From IMG/VR virus record IMGVR_UViG_2541047888_000009: DNA of 40,155 nt; one strand, given 5' to 3'. Of this stretch, positions 7,374 through 18,624 are shown piece by piece. Each line of letters starts with the position of its first letter. The first letter of the stretch is position 1. Origin of the DNA: a virus (lineage: Duplodnaviria > Heunggongvirae > Uroviricota > Caudoviricetes). The notes beneath the pieces were generated by a model. That model did no database searches, was not told the origin of the DNA, and was given only the letters and a program-made list of their open reading frames with translations. Position numbers and translations under genes: made by a program.

Positions 7374-9848
7374 TTATTGCGGAGTGACATCCTGAGGTCG
7401 CCACCAGTATGTCTGGTTAAACTCTTTCTTCGAACGTTGCTCCATTTTACGCAAATAGCCTGGTGAAAAATACTCCTGCATCTGGTTAAAGATCATGTGA
7501 TCGAGAGCCGCCTTCAAGTACCAGAGATTCGCACCAGGCATCAAACCTTTCCCCAGCTTCACCAGATCACCACCAGTCTGCTCACTCTTCCCTTCCACAG
7601 CATTTAACGGTATGCCCTGAGCAATCTTCACTACGTCATCAACCAGACCAGCTACCGGGCCAAGCATCGACGCCAGCGCGCCGCTTCCGTACCTAGTGTG
7701 ATCTGACAATAAAAAGTCACCGTAAAGGCCAAGACCACCACCTTTCAGTAGAGCACCAAGCCAGAATTTTGCGGCATCTTCTCCTGTCATCTCTCGAGGA
7801 TTACGACCAGACGCAAGGTCGTTAAGTTGCTGCGACAAAGCGCCAAGAATGGTCGTACTGGCAATAAACGTCGCAATATATGCCGCACGCCCACCAGCAG
7901 ACGGCATACCCATAGCGCGTGACCAGTGACGCATAACAACCGAGATAGGGAACGATTTAAACAGGAAAACACTTCTCGTTAATTCACCTTTCCATGTTCC
8001 ACGCTGAATACCAGAACCGGTTATCAGTTGCTCACGTGCTCCCGGTGTAATAACAGCCATATCAACTTCTTCAGTTACGGCACCGAGCAGTTTACGCATT
8101 GCCTCAAATTTCACGCGTTCAGGCTCACCAAGATGTTTAACTGCTGAATCAGGGATACGCATAATGCTTTCCGGTGTCAGCATCGTATTATTACCGTTCC
8201 CCCAATCCTCCTGTTGCGCCAGCTTCCATACGCTCCAATCTGTGTCAGTAATCCCTTTGCTTTTCAGGATACGAAAATCAGAGTCATCGAGGCTACGAAG
8301 GTCTGGTGTCCGTGACACTACTTCTCCCAGGCTTCCCATCATGGTTACGCCATAGGCGCGCTTGTGCGCATCTGACCATGCTGTAAGCCCACTGGCACGC
8401 ATTACCGCCGTTGCCGCCCAACGAGACACTGACGGCCCCATATTATCCATCGCCCAGCGGTTAACGCTGCCAAGTAGAGATTCCATTGCCAGACCAGCGC
8501 GGCGCGCCCGCGCAAGTTCTGTACGGTTCGTTGGGTCCATAGCTTCAAGCTGGTTGCGGAATAACTGGTTCATTGGAAGGTTGGTAACCTTCGCAGACAG
8601 ATACATGGTTCCAAGATCAGAGAACGATGACAGCAACGCGGATCCGAGTCTGCTGGCAACCAGCCAGTTGCGGATATTGTCAGACCATCGCGCGATGTGC
8701 GGATTCGCTACAGGCTGTGTCTTTCCGGAAATAAAGTTGTACAGATTCTCTGTGTTGTTCGCCAGCCGCTCGACTTTACCGGTTTTACTCGGGTTAGCTG
8801 TTGCCGTTTCTGCCTTAACCTGATCAAGAAGGGAGCGGAAAACATGATCGGGGTTTGGACCATATGTTTCCACCAGAGCAATATCTTTACTGATACCTTC
8901 CAGGTGACCGACCATGATTTCCCATAGAGAGCGATCGCCATAAAGTTGTTGATATTGGAGATAGGAATCTGCATCTTTGAAATGTATCTGTCGTGATGCA
9001 TTACCACGGTTAGCACGTGCGCCGGAAATTCGCATTCCGGTATCAGTAAGCTTATTCAGCCCACCAGTAGCGATCGTGTTATAAGCCTCTCCAAGAAATG
9101 CAGACAACTCGGCATCGTTCATCAGTTGTCCATCGGCTCGGGTATAATATTTGCGATCCAGCTTACCTATAACATCGCTAACCCATTTATCTTTTGATAC
9201 CGCCCCAACCTTTTCCATAGAATGATGTTGAGGGATCCCCCAGTTTTCGAGATAGCCAATGTCCCCACCAGCATCATTAAACCGGCGGCGCAGTAGATCT
9301 GTCACTTCTCTCCACGCCTTAGCACCTTTTCTTGCTTTAGCATTGCCAGTATTTTGCCCTCGCATTTCATATACCAGGTCACGCACGCCCGCTTCATCTT
9401 CAAACAGGCCAAAAAAGCGAGGATCAACTGCTTCAAATGCCTCCTGCAATTGACTCAATGCATAATCACGAGTGGCTTTTGTTCTGGATTCAACAGAGAG
9501 GAAATTCGATTTACCGTCTGCATTAAAAGCAATAGTACGGTTAAGAGCGCCAAGTTTCCCATCAGCCCCTTGATAGCTATTGATAAATTTATCCAATCTC
9601 TGACGTGCGGCTATAGTGAGGGCCACACGACGTTTCTTTAATGCCGCTTCTCGCTGTAATTCTTCAGATGCCAATTGTGCTGCACGATACAACCGTTCTG
9701 ATTCGGAAAGTTGTCGCCACGACATAGGGTCATCACGAGCAATGGAGCGCATATTTCGATAAATGCGGTCTTCAATGTTCTGTATTTCTCGCGCCGTTAA
9801 CGTGCGCTGCGCCGCCTGCTGGACCGCTTGTATACATTCCTGTCTCAT
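7374..9848 (-). CDS. Large internal virion / DNA-ejection protein (824 aa)
   Basis: Position in the T7-like order after the gp15-like gene; GAGAGG RBS; Gly-rich hydrophobic C-terminal region. Function inferred from position and size only. Confidence 0.6.
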   Translation of the reverse strand: MRQECIQAVQQAAQRTLTAREIQNIEDRIYRNMRSIARDDPMSWRQLSESERLYRAAQLASEELQREAALKKRRVALTIAARQRLDKFINSYQGADGKLGALNRTIAFNADGKSNFLSVESRTKATRDYALSQLQEAFEAVDPRFFGLFEDEAGVRDLVYEMRGQNTGNAKARKGAKAWREVTDLLRRRFNDAGGDIGYLENWGIPQHHSMEKVGAVSKDKWVSDVIGKLDRKYYTRADGQLMNDAELSAFLGEAYNTIATGGLNKLTDTGMRISGARANRGNASRQIHFKDADSYLQYQQLYGDRSLWEIMVGHLEGISKDIALVETYGPNPDHVFRSLLDQVKAETATANPSKTGKVERLANNTENLYNFISGKTQPVANPHIARWSDNIRNWLVASRLGSALLSSFSDLGTMYLSAKVTNLPMNQLFRNQLEAMDPTNRTELARARRAGLAMESLLGSVNRWAMDNMGPSVSRWAATAVMRASGLTAWSDAHKRAYGVTMMGSLGEVVSRTPDLRSLDDSDFRILKSKGITDTDWSVWKLAQQEDWGNGNNTMLTPESIMRIPDSAVKHLGEPERVKFEAMRKLLGAVTEEVDMAVITPGAREQLITGSGIQRGTWKGELTRSVFLFKSFPISVVMRHWSRAMGMPSAGGRAAYIATFIASTTILGALSQQLNDLASGRNPREMTGEDAAKFWLGALLKGGGLGLYGDFLLSDHTRYGSGALASMLGPVAGLVDDVVKIAQGIPLNAVEGKSEQTGGDLVKLGKGLMPGANLWYLKAALDHMIFNQMQEYFSPGYLRKMEQRSKKEFNQTYWWRPQDVTPQ

Positions 9849-9853
9849 TTAAT

Positions 9854-11656
9854 TTAACCTCTCAAGAAACACGCCACAGCGACATCAAACAGGCTGGAAT
9901 CCTGTATTGCCTGCTCACTTTCCCTGTTCGCTTCATCCAGCACTTCACGCGCGCTGCGCGATTGTGGATTACCATCATCATCCAGCACGGTGATTATCAT
10001 GTCAGGTGATTCAAGCAGCGAGTCTTCAGCTATGCGCAGATCAATATCTCCTGCCTGATCCGCCATCATTTTTTGTTCTGCATGTTGCAATATTTTATCA
10101 GACTCAAAAGGAGCTACTTCGTCTGGCGTCCTGACCTCTGCTGTTTTATAGAATGAAACAGCCTGAGCATTAAGTTCACTTTCTGCCTGCTGTCTCCGAG
10201 CCAGTTCTGCTCGAGCTTCAAAAAACTGACCGCCAGGCTCATGCGGTGCCAACGCGTTACGGGAAAATTCCAGGCGTTCTTGTGCCTGCCGGATTCGTTG
10301 TTCAATATCGCGAATTCTGGCCTGTTTATCTGATCGAGCACGAGACAAAGCTTTACCGCTACCAGTTGGCTCTTCTGCAAGAATTTGTGCACGCTGTTCA
10401 GTGAGATTTTCAATAATTCGTTGGCTATTAGCGATTTCAGACTGGTAAACCTGTCTATCTCCACGCGGCAAAAGCTGCGCGGCCTGTTCTTCAAGCAACC
10501 GATTTTCTATAGCGCGCGCCGTTACTCCATCATCTACAGATGACAGAGCCTCATTAACTGCCTGAGACAGCAGACTCTTGCGCCCAGGAATTTCACTGAA
10601 AGATGCAGACTCAACAATGCTGGCAACGTCTACAGGTCTCCCCTGGCTAACATCAGACATAGCTTTTCGCAGAGCCTGAATGTGAGAATTGCGCGAAAGC
10701 ACGTTGATCGGCACGCCGGGCGCAATATCAATTTCAGCATGATGAGCGGCATTCGCCGCCAGTGCAGCATCAACATCAACTGGTGAAAAATTTGGTGCGC
10801 TTGTAGACTCGCCGCGAGAGTTAATAAATCTGCCGACTCCACCAAAAGCCACCCCAAGAACAGCATCAATAGCAATTGCCTGTCGATCCAACACATCATA
10901 CTGGTTAGCCATTTCGCTATAGCCACCATCACGAAGCGTTTTTGCAGTAAGCCCGCGCTGTGCCATACCGAACGCAATATTTGTACCTGCGGCATAGGCA
11001 ATATCTGGCGTTGCACGTACTGCTGTTGCCGCGGCGCGTCGCACTGAACTTTCACCCGTCCGCGCAAGCTGAGCCGCCACACCTTCCGCCAGCGCACCAC
11101 CAGCACGTAACCCGAGACTCATAGGGATCAGTGTTCCGGCACCAGCAGTAATACCCTGCACTAATCCCGCTTCCTGCGCCGTCCTGAAATCAACCCCCTG
11201 CGCTGTCAGTCGTTCAAACTCAGAAAAACCCTGTAGCGAAGTTACCGCCGCAGCACCTCCGACCGGACCACCGAGCGTTGTACCGACAACAGCCTGCCCG
11301 CCCATATCGAACAACCCATAAAGAACCTGCCCTGCGGTTCCGGTTGTCGCGGCATCAGGCGTCAGCCGCTTAACCTGCTGCTCTGCTAGTTTTCTCTGCT
11401 CGGCAATGTATGAAACTGAAGTGTCATTGAGCGAGGTGTTTTCGTTAACAAACTGAGCAATCGGGGATACGATTTTATCCATCCCTGCCCATAGCAACTG
11501 ATCTGGCTTTGCCACCAGCCCGGAGTACAAACCAGACAATGCCGCTCCTACAGCATTGTCGAAAAAACCAACATCGCTGTTAAAGCCAACTGGATTTGAT
11601 GCTGCTTCGTCAAGCTGCTGATTCTGGTTTACTGGATTAAGGCCAAAGTAACTCAT
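9854..11656 (-). CDS. Internal virion protein (600 aa)
   Basis: Tightly packed in the virion operon, Ala/Gly-rich, start overlaps the upstream gene stop. No motif recognised. Confidence 0.6.
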   Translation of the reverse strand: MSYFGLNPVNQNQQLDEAASNPVGFNSDVGFFDNAVGAALSGLYSGLVAKPDQLLWAGMDKIVSPIAQFVNENTSLNDTSVSYIAEQRKLAEQQVKRLTPDAATTGTAGQVLYGLFDMGGQAVVGTTLGGPVGGAAAVTSLQGFSEFERLTAQGVDFRTAQEAGLVQGITAGAGTLIPMSLGLRAGGALAEGVAAQLARTGESSVRRAAATAVRATPDIAYAAGTNIAFGMAQRGLTAKTLRDGGYSEMANQYDVLDRQAIAIDAVLGVAFGGVGRFINSRGESTSAPNFSPVDVDAALAANAAHHAEIDIAPGVPINVLSRNSHIQALRKAMSDVSQGRPVDVASIVESASFSEIPGRKSLLSQAVNEALSSVDDGVTARAIENRLLEEQAAQLLPRGDRQVYQSEIANSQRIIENLTEQRAQILAEEPTGSGKALSRARSDKQARIRDIEQRIRQAQERLEFSRNALAPHEPGGQFFEARAELARRQQAESELNAQAVSFYKTAEVRTPDEVAPFESDKILQHAEQKMMADQAGDIDLRIAEDSLLESPDMIITVLDDDGNPQSRSAREVLDEANRESEQAIQDSSLFDVAVACFLRG

Positions 11657-14166
11657 TGCGGAATATCTCCGGAGAATCTCTGACGCTTCTGTGTCAGATC
11701 AAGAACAACGGGAGAACCATCATCTTTTAGCAGATAACCAGTACCAAGTTTCACCAGGTACTGACTATCGCCGTAACTTTGCAAACCATACTGACCAGGC
11801 GGTGTTTTTATCCCTGTGCCAACAACTTGTTCATTCCAAGCCTGATTAACCTGCTTATCGAATTGCTCTGCAGACATTCCCCACGGCAAAAGAACATTCC
11901 CCATTCCGTTATAGTCATGCACGCCACCTGTAGCTACGTTAACAGCCTGTTTCCAGATATCATTGTCAATTTCGCCTGATACCACGCCTTTTTTCGCCAT
12001 CACACCAGCGTAATAGTCCTTTGCGATCTCGTATGCCATTGATGCCCCCTGAGCATCACCAGCAAATGCATCCTTCACCATGTCAGAAAACTCAAGGCGA
12101 AGATCAGCATCTTTAGGCATCGGAATACCTTTCGCGTCATCAGTACCTTTACGAGCCGCCGCGCCAGCAAGAATTGTCTGCGCAGCGGTTTCTGGAGACA
12201 CGGAAACATCCGGATTAAACCAGTTTTTTTCTGCCAAAATACCACCTGGCTTATCCATCAGTATCCCGGCAACGGCAGCAGATGGAGCGTTGGCACTGAT
12301 CTGCTGTAGTGCTGACATATACACCTGCCCACCACCAGTGCTCTGCCTGATGGTATCGAGATATGCTGCCTGTTGGGAAACGGGCGCATCACGAAAGAAA
12401 ACACCGATCTGATTGGCCTCGTCTTTGGAAAAGAACGTCAGTGGAGTGCCATATGACTTAGCAAGGTCACTGACCTGAGCAGCACGCAAGGCAACGCTCT
12501 GTCCAAAGTTATCCTTATTGCTCATGTCGATAGGCTTTGCCTGTCCGGCGGCAAGAGAGAACTGCACAGGATCCGATTGCCGCTGCTTTATCACCTGATT
12601 TGCAGCCGAAACAACGTTGTCATAAAGAGCTGCGCGTGCCGCATACCCCTCCCCTGTCTCACCAGTATCCGGGCGTAATTGCTCAACATATGCTGTAATG
12701 CTGCTTGTCGGCATGTTGCGGAAAGAGCCTATATACTGTCCGGCGATCTGCGTATTCTTAAACTCGGTATATCGCAGGTTTCCTTCTCTGACTCCATAAG
12801 CTGCAATAAAATCAGCCTCACCAGGTGGGTTAGGAAATTCAACTCCACGCATATACGCAGCTGTTGCATCTCGAACCTGGCTGTCAATCATCGTTTTATA
12901 TTCAGCCTGCTGCTGCCGACGCAGTTGACCAGCCTGTCGCATAAAACTTGCCTGCGCCTCAGGAGATGCCGCATCGAATGCTGCATTACCGGTATAGCGT
13001 TTGGTGTTGGTTGGAATTGTTGATAAACCAAGTGCTGCACTGACACCAGCAGTTAACTGCTGATCACTGTATGGCTGGCTACCGTTCTCATGATGGATAA
13101 TGGCTGCACAAAGCGCCTTCAGGGTATCAGGATTTGATGCATCGAGAGGCTCATCAGCAGAAACGCCAAGTTGTTCGCACACCGCTTTGATATACGACAT
13201 TGTGTCATTTTTATCAGTGGGCGGTGCCCAGCGATTAATTATCTCGCTGACGGTATCAATACCCTGCCGCTGATACGACATCAGGTTCCGCCCTAATGCA
13301 CGAATCCCGTGTTCAGGTGTTTCGAATTTAGCAAATCGACCATCATCACCGGTCTGGCCTACCCACGGATTAGTTTTGCTGTATTCGAGATTTCCTGGGT
13401 TATTGTTGCGTATGCCACGGGCACGCTCGGAAGAGTCACTATCTGCTACAGCACGGCGAGCTCCAGCAGCAGTATCACTTAACTCGCCATTACTTTGGAT
13501 GAATGCGGTCGCATTGTTTGCCGACCACTGGGACAATGCAGCATCAGCAACCTTCTCTTTAAACTCGATTTTCTTGGCCTGGATTTGCTCGTCACTCCAG
13601 CCATGTGCAATGCCGTAATCCTCAATTTGCTGGAAAGTTTGCTTATTAGCCAATACGTATGCGGCGTTGTCGCCATACAATGCTGCGGCATTTTTACCAT
13701 TGTTCAGCAGCGTAGCCTGAAACTGGCCTTCTTCGTAGGCATTTATTTGCCCTATCTCGTGCCGCCCTGCCTGCGTAGTGAACTGAATGCGCTGCTGCTG
13801 CGCCTGCTGCATGAAAGCATTACGAGCCTGTTCATCCGGCAGCGACATAGCCAGTTGTTCGACCTGAGCATCAAACTGCTGCGTATACTCATGGCCTTTT
13901 CCAATAGCATTTTTCCCTTTCAGGTTAAGCAATCCTGTTTCAGGATTATTCAGCAGATCACTGCTTATCTGACTGAGGTTAAGAGATGCCTCCTGAGCCA
14001 GAGCGATATTGGCACGCTGTTTTGCCTGACCAAAAACATCAATTGCCTCTGTCCCTGCCCGAACAAAAGCATCACCAATACCTGGCTGAGAAAACGTCTG
14101 CAAGCCTGCTGACTGAACTCCACGGCTCTGAACCTGACGGCCGGATACTGTTGGTACGACTGGCAT
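11653..14166 (-). CDS. Large internal virion protein (about 837 aa), possibly with a cell-wall hydrolase-like region
   Basis: Start placed at the ATG at 14166 (GGAGG RBS), not the listed upstream extension; region ARGIRNNNPGNLEY...W..QTGDDGRFAKF could be a muralytic-type domain (unverified). Confidence 0.6.
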   Translation of the reverse strand: MPVVPTVSGRQVQSRGVQSAGLQTFSQPGIGDAFVRAGTEAIDVFGQAKQRANIALAQEASLNLSQISSDLLNNPETGLLNLKGKNAIGKGHEYTQQFDAQVEQLAMSLPDEQARNAFMQQAQQQRIQFTTQAGRHEIGQINAYEEGQFQATLLNNGKNAAALYGDNAAYVLANKQTFQQIEDYGIAHGWSDEQIQAKKIEFKEKVADAALSQWSANNATAFIQSNGELSDTAAGARRAVADSDSSERARGIRNNNPGNLEYSKTNPWVGQTGDDGRFAKFETPEHGIRALGRNLMSYQRQGIDTVSEIINRWAPPTDKNDTMSYIKAVCEQLGVSADEPLDASNPDTLKALCAAIIHHENGSQPYSDQQLTAGVSAALGLSTIPTNTKRYTGNAAFDAASPEAQASFMRQAGQLRRQQQAEYKTMIDSQVRDATAAYMRGVEFPNPPGEADFIAAYGVREGNLRYTEFKNTQIAGQYIGSFRNMPTSSITAYVEQLRPDTGETGEGYAARAALYDNVVSAANQVIKQRQSDPVQFSLAAGQAKPIDMSNKDNFGQSVALRAAQVSDLAKSYGTPLTFFSKDEANQIGVFFRDAPVSQQAAYLDTIRQSTGGGQVYMSALQQISANAPSAAVAGILMDKPGGILAEKNWFNPDVSVSPETAAQTILAGAAARKGTDDAKGIPMPKDADLRLEFSDMVKDAFAGDAQGASMAYEIAKDYYAGVMAKKGVVSGEIDNDIWKQAVNVATGGVHDYNGMGNVLLPWGMSAEQFDKQVNQAWNEQVVGTGIKTPPGQYGLQSYGDSQYLVKLGTGYLLKDDGSPVVLDLTQKRQRFSGDIPQ

Positions 14167-14711
14167 TATAATCCTCCGGGTAATCTGGTTCCTGCTGCTG
14201 CCCCGATTGGCGCAGGGGTGCTTTGAGTAAACGGACTCCACGTCCCACCAAACATCTGGTACGCACCGTATGCCTTCAGAGGCGCAGTGAGCAATGTTGT
14301 TGCTGCTCCTACATTCCCCTGTTTACGGGCTGAACTGGCTTCTGCTTTATAGTTGGCAGCCTGAACCTGATAACCGTAAGCCTCGCGTTGCGCGTTATTC
14401 ACCGTCGTCAGAGAATCAAGAGCGCCAAACTGGGCAGTGTCGCCAAATATATCCAGCGCGTTACCTGTAGATAAATCAGCGCCGGTAGCCCCCATTGTCG
14501 CCGCCTGTGTACCAAGCCGCTGTCGGGTCTCTCTGCGCCGTTGCTCAGCTTCAGCGTTACCTCTGTTTATTGCATCATTTGCCTGAGCAGTGGCTATATC
14601 TGCGTTCGCTTCTGCAACCTTCGAGGCATACTTTCCCTGTTGGTACTGGGTGTATGCCTGAATGCCACTCATGGCGAGCATTGCGCCACCAGCAATAACC
14701 GGATCGCACAT
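14166..14711 (-). CDS. Internal virion protein (181 aa; T7 gp14-like by position)
   Basis: Synteny only; Ala/Gln-rich; stop overlaps the downstream start. Confidence 0.55.
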   Translation of the reverse strand: MCDPVIAGGAMLAMSGIQAYTQYQQGKYASKVAEANADIATAQANDAINRGNAEAEQRRRETRQRLGTQAATMGATGADLSTGNALDIFGDTAQFGALDSLTTVNNAQREAYGYQVQAANYKAEASSARKQGNVGAATTLLTAPLKAYGAYQMFGGTWSPFTQSTPAPIGAAAGTRLPGGL

Positions 14712-15175
14712 TATTTTCTCTCCATGTGAAATCTGTGGAAATTAAGACCAAGAGCACCATAAGGCGCGGCCTCTTCAAGCCTGAATCCAAGCCAGTGCAG
14801 CCATGCTTTGGCAACATGGTTTCGCTCGTCGACGTAGTTTTCCAGGCGCGGATAAACTGCCAGCATCTGCTGCAATAAAGGTCGGCAGTGGCGAAGAAAT
14901 GTCTTCTGATATTTTTCAATACGGCTGGTTCCGACCAGCCAGGGCGTACCATTGCCACCGATCATTGACGCCGGAGATACGCCAAACATGGTTACCAGTT
15001 CTCCGTTCGCAAATCCTGACCAGGCCATAGTCGCAGTACGCAGACCAACACGCAGCGCATCTTCGGTAGTCATCAGTGATACCGCATACAGTTCGTCAAT
15101 ATCAGCCTGACGAACATCCGGCAAAATCATCTGAAGATGCTCTTCGGTAGCGGGAATAATTCGAACATCGATCAT
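14711..15175 (-). CDS. Virion protein (154 aa; T7 gp13-like by position)
   Basis: Synteny only; coupled to neighbouring genes by overlapping stop/start. Confidence 0.55.
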   Translation of the reverse strand: MIDVRIIPATEEHLQMILPDVRQADIDELYAVSLMTTEDALRVGLRTATMAWSGFANGELVTMFGVSPASMIGGNGTPWLVGTSRIEKYQKTFLRHCRPLLQQMLAVYPRLENYVDERNHVAKAWLHWLGFRLEEAAPYGALGLNFHRFHMERK

Positions 15176-17646
15176 CAGAATCCCCCAACAGTAAGGCGAG
15201 GAATAACGGCAAGAACAGACAGCGGCAACGGGTCAAGCTGACGGATTTTTACACGTCCGTTTTTGCCCCAGTTACTGTCCAGTTTCACTTCTACTTTTCC
15301 GGTAGCGTCATCAACAGGATCATCGTAGAACTCGAATTCACGCTGTGGATATTCGTACCATTTACCGCCGGGCGTAGTCGCCCAGATGCCGCGACTGGCA
15401 TTCACAACCAGAGTAACGGAGGGGATCACCTGTTTTTTGTCCAGCAGCGTTTCCTGTCCGTTAATGTTGATATCCAGTGTTTCGAATTCAGCAGTTATTG
15501 GCAGGCCGATGTGCACTACAGCCCCCGGAGATTCCAGCGTGACGGCACCTCCGGAAACCACTTTCTGTGGTTCCACGTTCGCATCAGAGAGAATGTTTAC
15601 GGTCTGGCCTTCAAGATGAGACAGGCCTCCAAATGTCCGGCGCGCCATCTGCCAGTTCGTGGTGGCCACATTCCTGAGGGATGGCGGGACGTTCCTGTTA
15701 GCACGAACCACTACAGCGGTATTGCTGGTTACAGAAATAATGTCGCAACGTAATTCTTTTGACACTTCATCGCCAGTATCAGGAACAGTTCCGGTATAAG
15801 GGAACTGTAGTTGCGCACCGACATCACTACTGGTGAAGTACGCACCACCAGAAACACTGATTGTATATTCCGCGCGGTAATCCCATTCGCCAGAACCACC
15901 AGTGATTGTCATCGTTCTGTCAGACGTATTTCTTCCATCATAGCTAAGGCCAGAATCAACAAAGAAAGCGTCTTCATCGCTGGTAAATAAACGGCTGGAC
16001 AGCCGTTCGATGTATCTCACTGTTTGCCCGTTAACGGTTCGGTTAACGACGAAATACACCGCATCTTCATTGCCTTCGCTGATACTGCATGTGCTTTCAT
16101 ATTTTCCGGTACTGGATTGTGGTGCCCATGCAAAAACCTGCTGATCACGCAAATAGGTCATCACCAGTAATTTACCGTCATCACGAATGCAGAAGGCGCT
16201 GGAGTAAGGGACAATCGAGAAGCACCAGTCAACAATGCTGTGCTTCTGAAAAAGATGATTGGCAAGGATGGTCAGGTCGTTCCCCTGATAGCCGTCAACA
16301 TCGAATGAGTAGGCCAGATCACGGACAACACTGCCTTTCTCCTGGACGAACAGAGCAATATTCGCCACGGCAATTGGTGGGACATTGCTCGAGCCATTTG
16401 ATCCCTGAGAGCTGAATGCAAATGATGATGGGGTAAGCACTTTGTTCTGGTCGCCAGTGATGACGTACTCACCTCCGGAAGTCAGCGCCACCAGCGAACC
16501 AACATCAATCAGGTGACGGATCTCATTAACCTGACGCCCGGCATAGGTGTAGATAATTCTGTCGTCATCCTGCGTAGGATTGCTTTTGCCAAAATCCTTA
16601 TAATCCCCGGTACGGCTGGCCCAGATAGTCTGAGGGAACGCAGTCGATGCGGCGAAGTAAAGGCGTTGTTGATAATAAACAACAGTGCCAGGATAACCGT
16701 TAATACTGTTCCAGGCATATTTAGCCCATTTATAGCTGGCATTATCCTCGCCAACTACCTGCGAAGGGATATAGGAAATCACCTCGGCAGTTGCAGTAGT
16801 TCCATTTGCAGCAGAGATACGGGCAATGCCAAAACCACTGTGCAGATACTCCCACTCAATGCCGGTATCATCATCACCGGATCCGCCCCAGCCATCCCAT
16901 GATGTGCCTTCTGTATGCGAAGGGCGCAAAGTGCCTGTTTTGCCTGCTGTAACGGCGCGATAGTAGTTACTGTCTGCACGGCGAATATCGCCAATCGACG
17001 TACTCTTACTGGTTTCCCATACCGGCACAGAATCCACTGCAGGCTGTTCCAGATAGAACAATTTGCCTACCTGCTCCGCGCCAAAAATTGAGGCGCTTGC
17101 CGTTAACGTAATTGTCCCGGTGCTGGCGCTGGCATAAACCGTCACTGACTCGTCAATATTGATATCTTCAAATGGCCCGTTCTTCGTTACCACATCAACC
17201 AGTTGCCAGTTGTCATGCGCATAGCGGCGCAACTCTTTCGGCGGGTATGCCGGATGAACCAGCGTAAGCACGTCTGCGCTTTGCGTGAATTTAATTCGGA
17301 ACAGATCGGCTTCAGTATATGGCGTGGCAATTTCATAAATAACATTGCTGCTGTTCAGCACCAACGCACCATCTTTGATAACGCGCATGTACTGGTGTCC
17401 GAACTCCAGAGCATAAGTCTGAACCGTCGAGAACTGGAACGGGATCAGGCGGCATTTCCGATTTGGGTATTTGGCGGCACCGACAAAACGCGTACCAGGT
17501 CGATTCTCAACGCCGCCATACTGCCGCACGATAAAGTTATCGCACTTGCGCAATGCCACCTGGTACTTCGCCATGTCGATACGACCGTACAACGACGGTC
17601 CAATCTCACCACCGGCAAAGCTGGGCTGGATCCAACTGATAGCCAT
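15175..17646 (-). CDS. Tail tubular protein B-like (nozzle; T7 gp12-like)
   Basis: 823 aa directly downstream of the gp11-like gene; size and position match podovirus tail tubular protein B. Weak motif recall. Confidence 0.6.
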   Translation of the reverse strand: MAISWIQPSFAGGEIGPSLYGRIDMAKYQVALRKCDNFIVRQYGGVENRPGTRFVGAAKYPNRKCRLIPFQFSTVQTYALEFGHQYMRVIKDGALVLNSSNVIYEIATPYTEADLFRIKFTQSADVLTLVHPAYPPKELRRYAHDNWQLVDVVTKNGPFEDINIDESVTVYASASTGTITLTASASIFGAEQVGKLFYLEQPAVDSVPVWETSKSTSIGDIRRADSNYYRAVTAGKTGTLRPSHTEGTSWDGWGGSGDDDTGIEWEYLHSGFGIARISAANGTTATAEVISYIPSQVVGEDNASYKWAKYAWNSINGYPGTVVYYQQRLYFAASTAFPQTIWASRTGDYKDFGKSNPTQDDDRIIYTYAGRQVNEIRHLIDVGSLVALTSGGEYVITGDQNKVLTPSSFAFSSQGSNGSSNVPPIAVANIALFVQEKGSVVRDLAYSFDVDGYQGNDLTILANHLFQKHSIVDWCFSIVPYSSAFCIRDDGKLLVMTYLRDQQVFAWAPQSSTGKYESTCSISEGNEDAVYFVVNRTVNGQTVRYIERLSSRLFTSDEDAFFVDSGLSYDGRNTSDRTMTITGGSGEWDYRAEYTISVSGGAYFTSSDVGAQLQFPYTGTVPDTGDEVSKELRCDIISVTSNTAVVVRANRNVPPSLRNVATTNWQMARRTFGGLSHLEGQTVNILSDANVEPQKVVSGGAVTLESPGAVVHIGLPITAEFETLDININGQETLLDKKQVIPSVTLVVNASRGIWATTPGGKWYEYPQREFEFYDDPVDDATGKVEVKLDSNWGKNGRVKIRQLDPLPLSVLAVIPRLTVGGF

Positions 17647-18254
17647 CAGGACAACCTCGCAATGGTAAACTCGTCAACCGGTGGCTGTGGTTCCTGTGAT
17701 TCATTCTGGCTATGCGAGCCAGCACTAAGAATCACGCGATTGTACATATTGAGGGCAAACGTACCGAGGTCTGCATTCCCAGTCAGCGCCATGTTAATAG
17801 CTGCCGCAAGACGCCAGGCCAACGCCTCCATAAAAATGGCATCAAACATGTTCACATCTGAAACGCGAGAGACATACTTGAGCCATGCCTGCGGCTGGTC
17901 TGTGTAGATCAACTTTCCTGTTCCGTCGGTGTCTGCACCAACTTCGTACTGAACGCGCATTGCTGCTGTTGGATTGCGAACACCGGGAAGCATGATTTCA
18001 GTGATGCGCAGGCAATCAGACGGGTACTGATACGCATACGCCCAGTCAGGCGGTGGATTGCTCGTATCTGCAAGCGCCACGCGTTTGGTAGCAAAGTTCC
18101 AGTCAAAATCAGAAAGCACAGCATCACGACAGGCATCGAAATGCAGGGAACACTCCCCCGCCTCTTTGCTGGCCTCAGTCAGGCTATTGATGCTGCGACT
18201 GTTGCCGATATTCGACAGCGCGCGGTTGCAGATCTCGACAACAGAAGCCATCAC
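17646..18254 (-). CDS. Tail tubular protein A-like (adaptor; T7 gp11-like)
   Basis: 202 aa; N-terminal pattern NRALSNIGNSRSINSLTEA and C-terminal FDAIFMEALAWRL resemble T7 gp11; position ahead of the gp12-like gene. Confidence 0.6.
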   Translation of the reverse strand: MMASVVEICNRALSNIGNSRSINSLTEASKEAGECSLHFDACRDAVLSDFDWNFATKRVALADTSNPPPDWAYAYQYPSDCLRITEIMLPGVRNPTAAMRVQYEVGADTDGTGKLIYTDQPQAWLKYVSRVSDVNMFDAIFMEALAWRLAAAINMALTGNADLGTFALNMYNRVILSAGSHSQNESQEPQPPVDEFTIARLS

Positions 18255-18580
18255 TCACCCCCGTTACCGTAAAGGGTTTCAGCAGCGGATTTATCCGGCT
18301 CGCCGGTTGCAGGTGCGATCGCCATGTCGGTGATCTGCAGGTCTGCGCTACGGTTAACGCCGTCATCAGTTTCGCGGGCAGACAGTCCGCGAATTACCGC
18401 CTTAGCAGTAATCATCACTTCGGTTCCTACACCCTGCGGTTGCGCCTTGAGCTTATTCAGCGTGTCATTGTTCAACGTGATGCAAAGCCCCCATGGATAT
18501 TCGTCGCGGTTTTTGGTTTCTCCGCTCTCGTCCTGGTAGCTGTCGGTGCCGATTTTGAGGTTGACCAGTTCCATATACAC
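18251..18580 (-). CDS. Small virion-associated protein (109 aa)
   Basis: Open frame in the capsid-to-tail interval; function unknown. Confidence 0.5.
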   Translation of the reverse strand: MYMELVNLKIGTDSYQDESGETKNRDEYPWGLCITLNNDTLNKLKAQPQGVGTEVMITAKAVIRGLSARETDDGVNRSADLQITDMAIAPATGEPDKSAAETLYGNGGE

Positions 18581-18624
18581 TCCTGCAATAAAGGGGCCGA
18601 AGCCCCTTGTCTGATACGCGAGGC

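Noticed and set aside
17203-17907. 234-aa plus-strand ORF, and similar long antisense ORFs (13495..14112, 21578..22315, 25253..25759, 36009..36437, 8362..8823, 10630..11106)
   Set aside because: Each lies wholly inside and antisense to a well-supported long gene, lacks an RBS and has skewed, low-complexity composition; best read as shadow ORFs.
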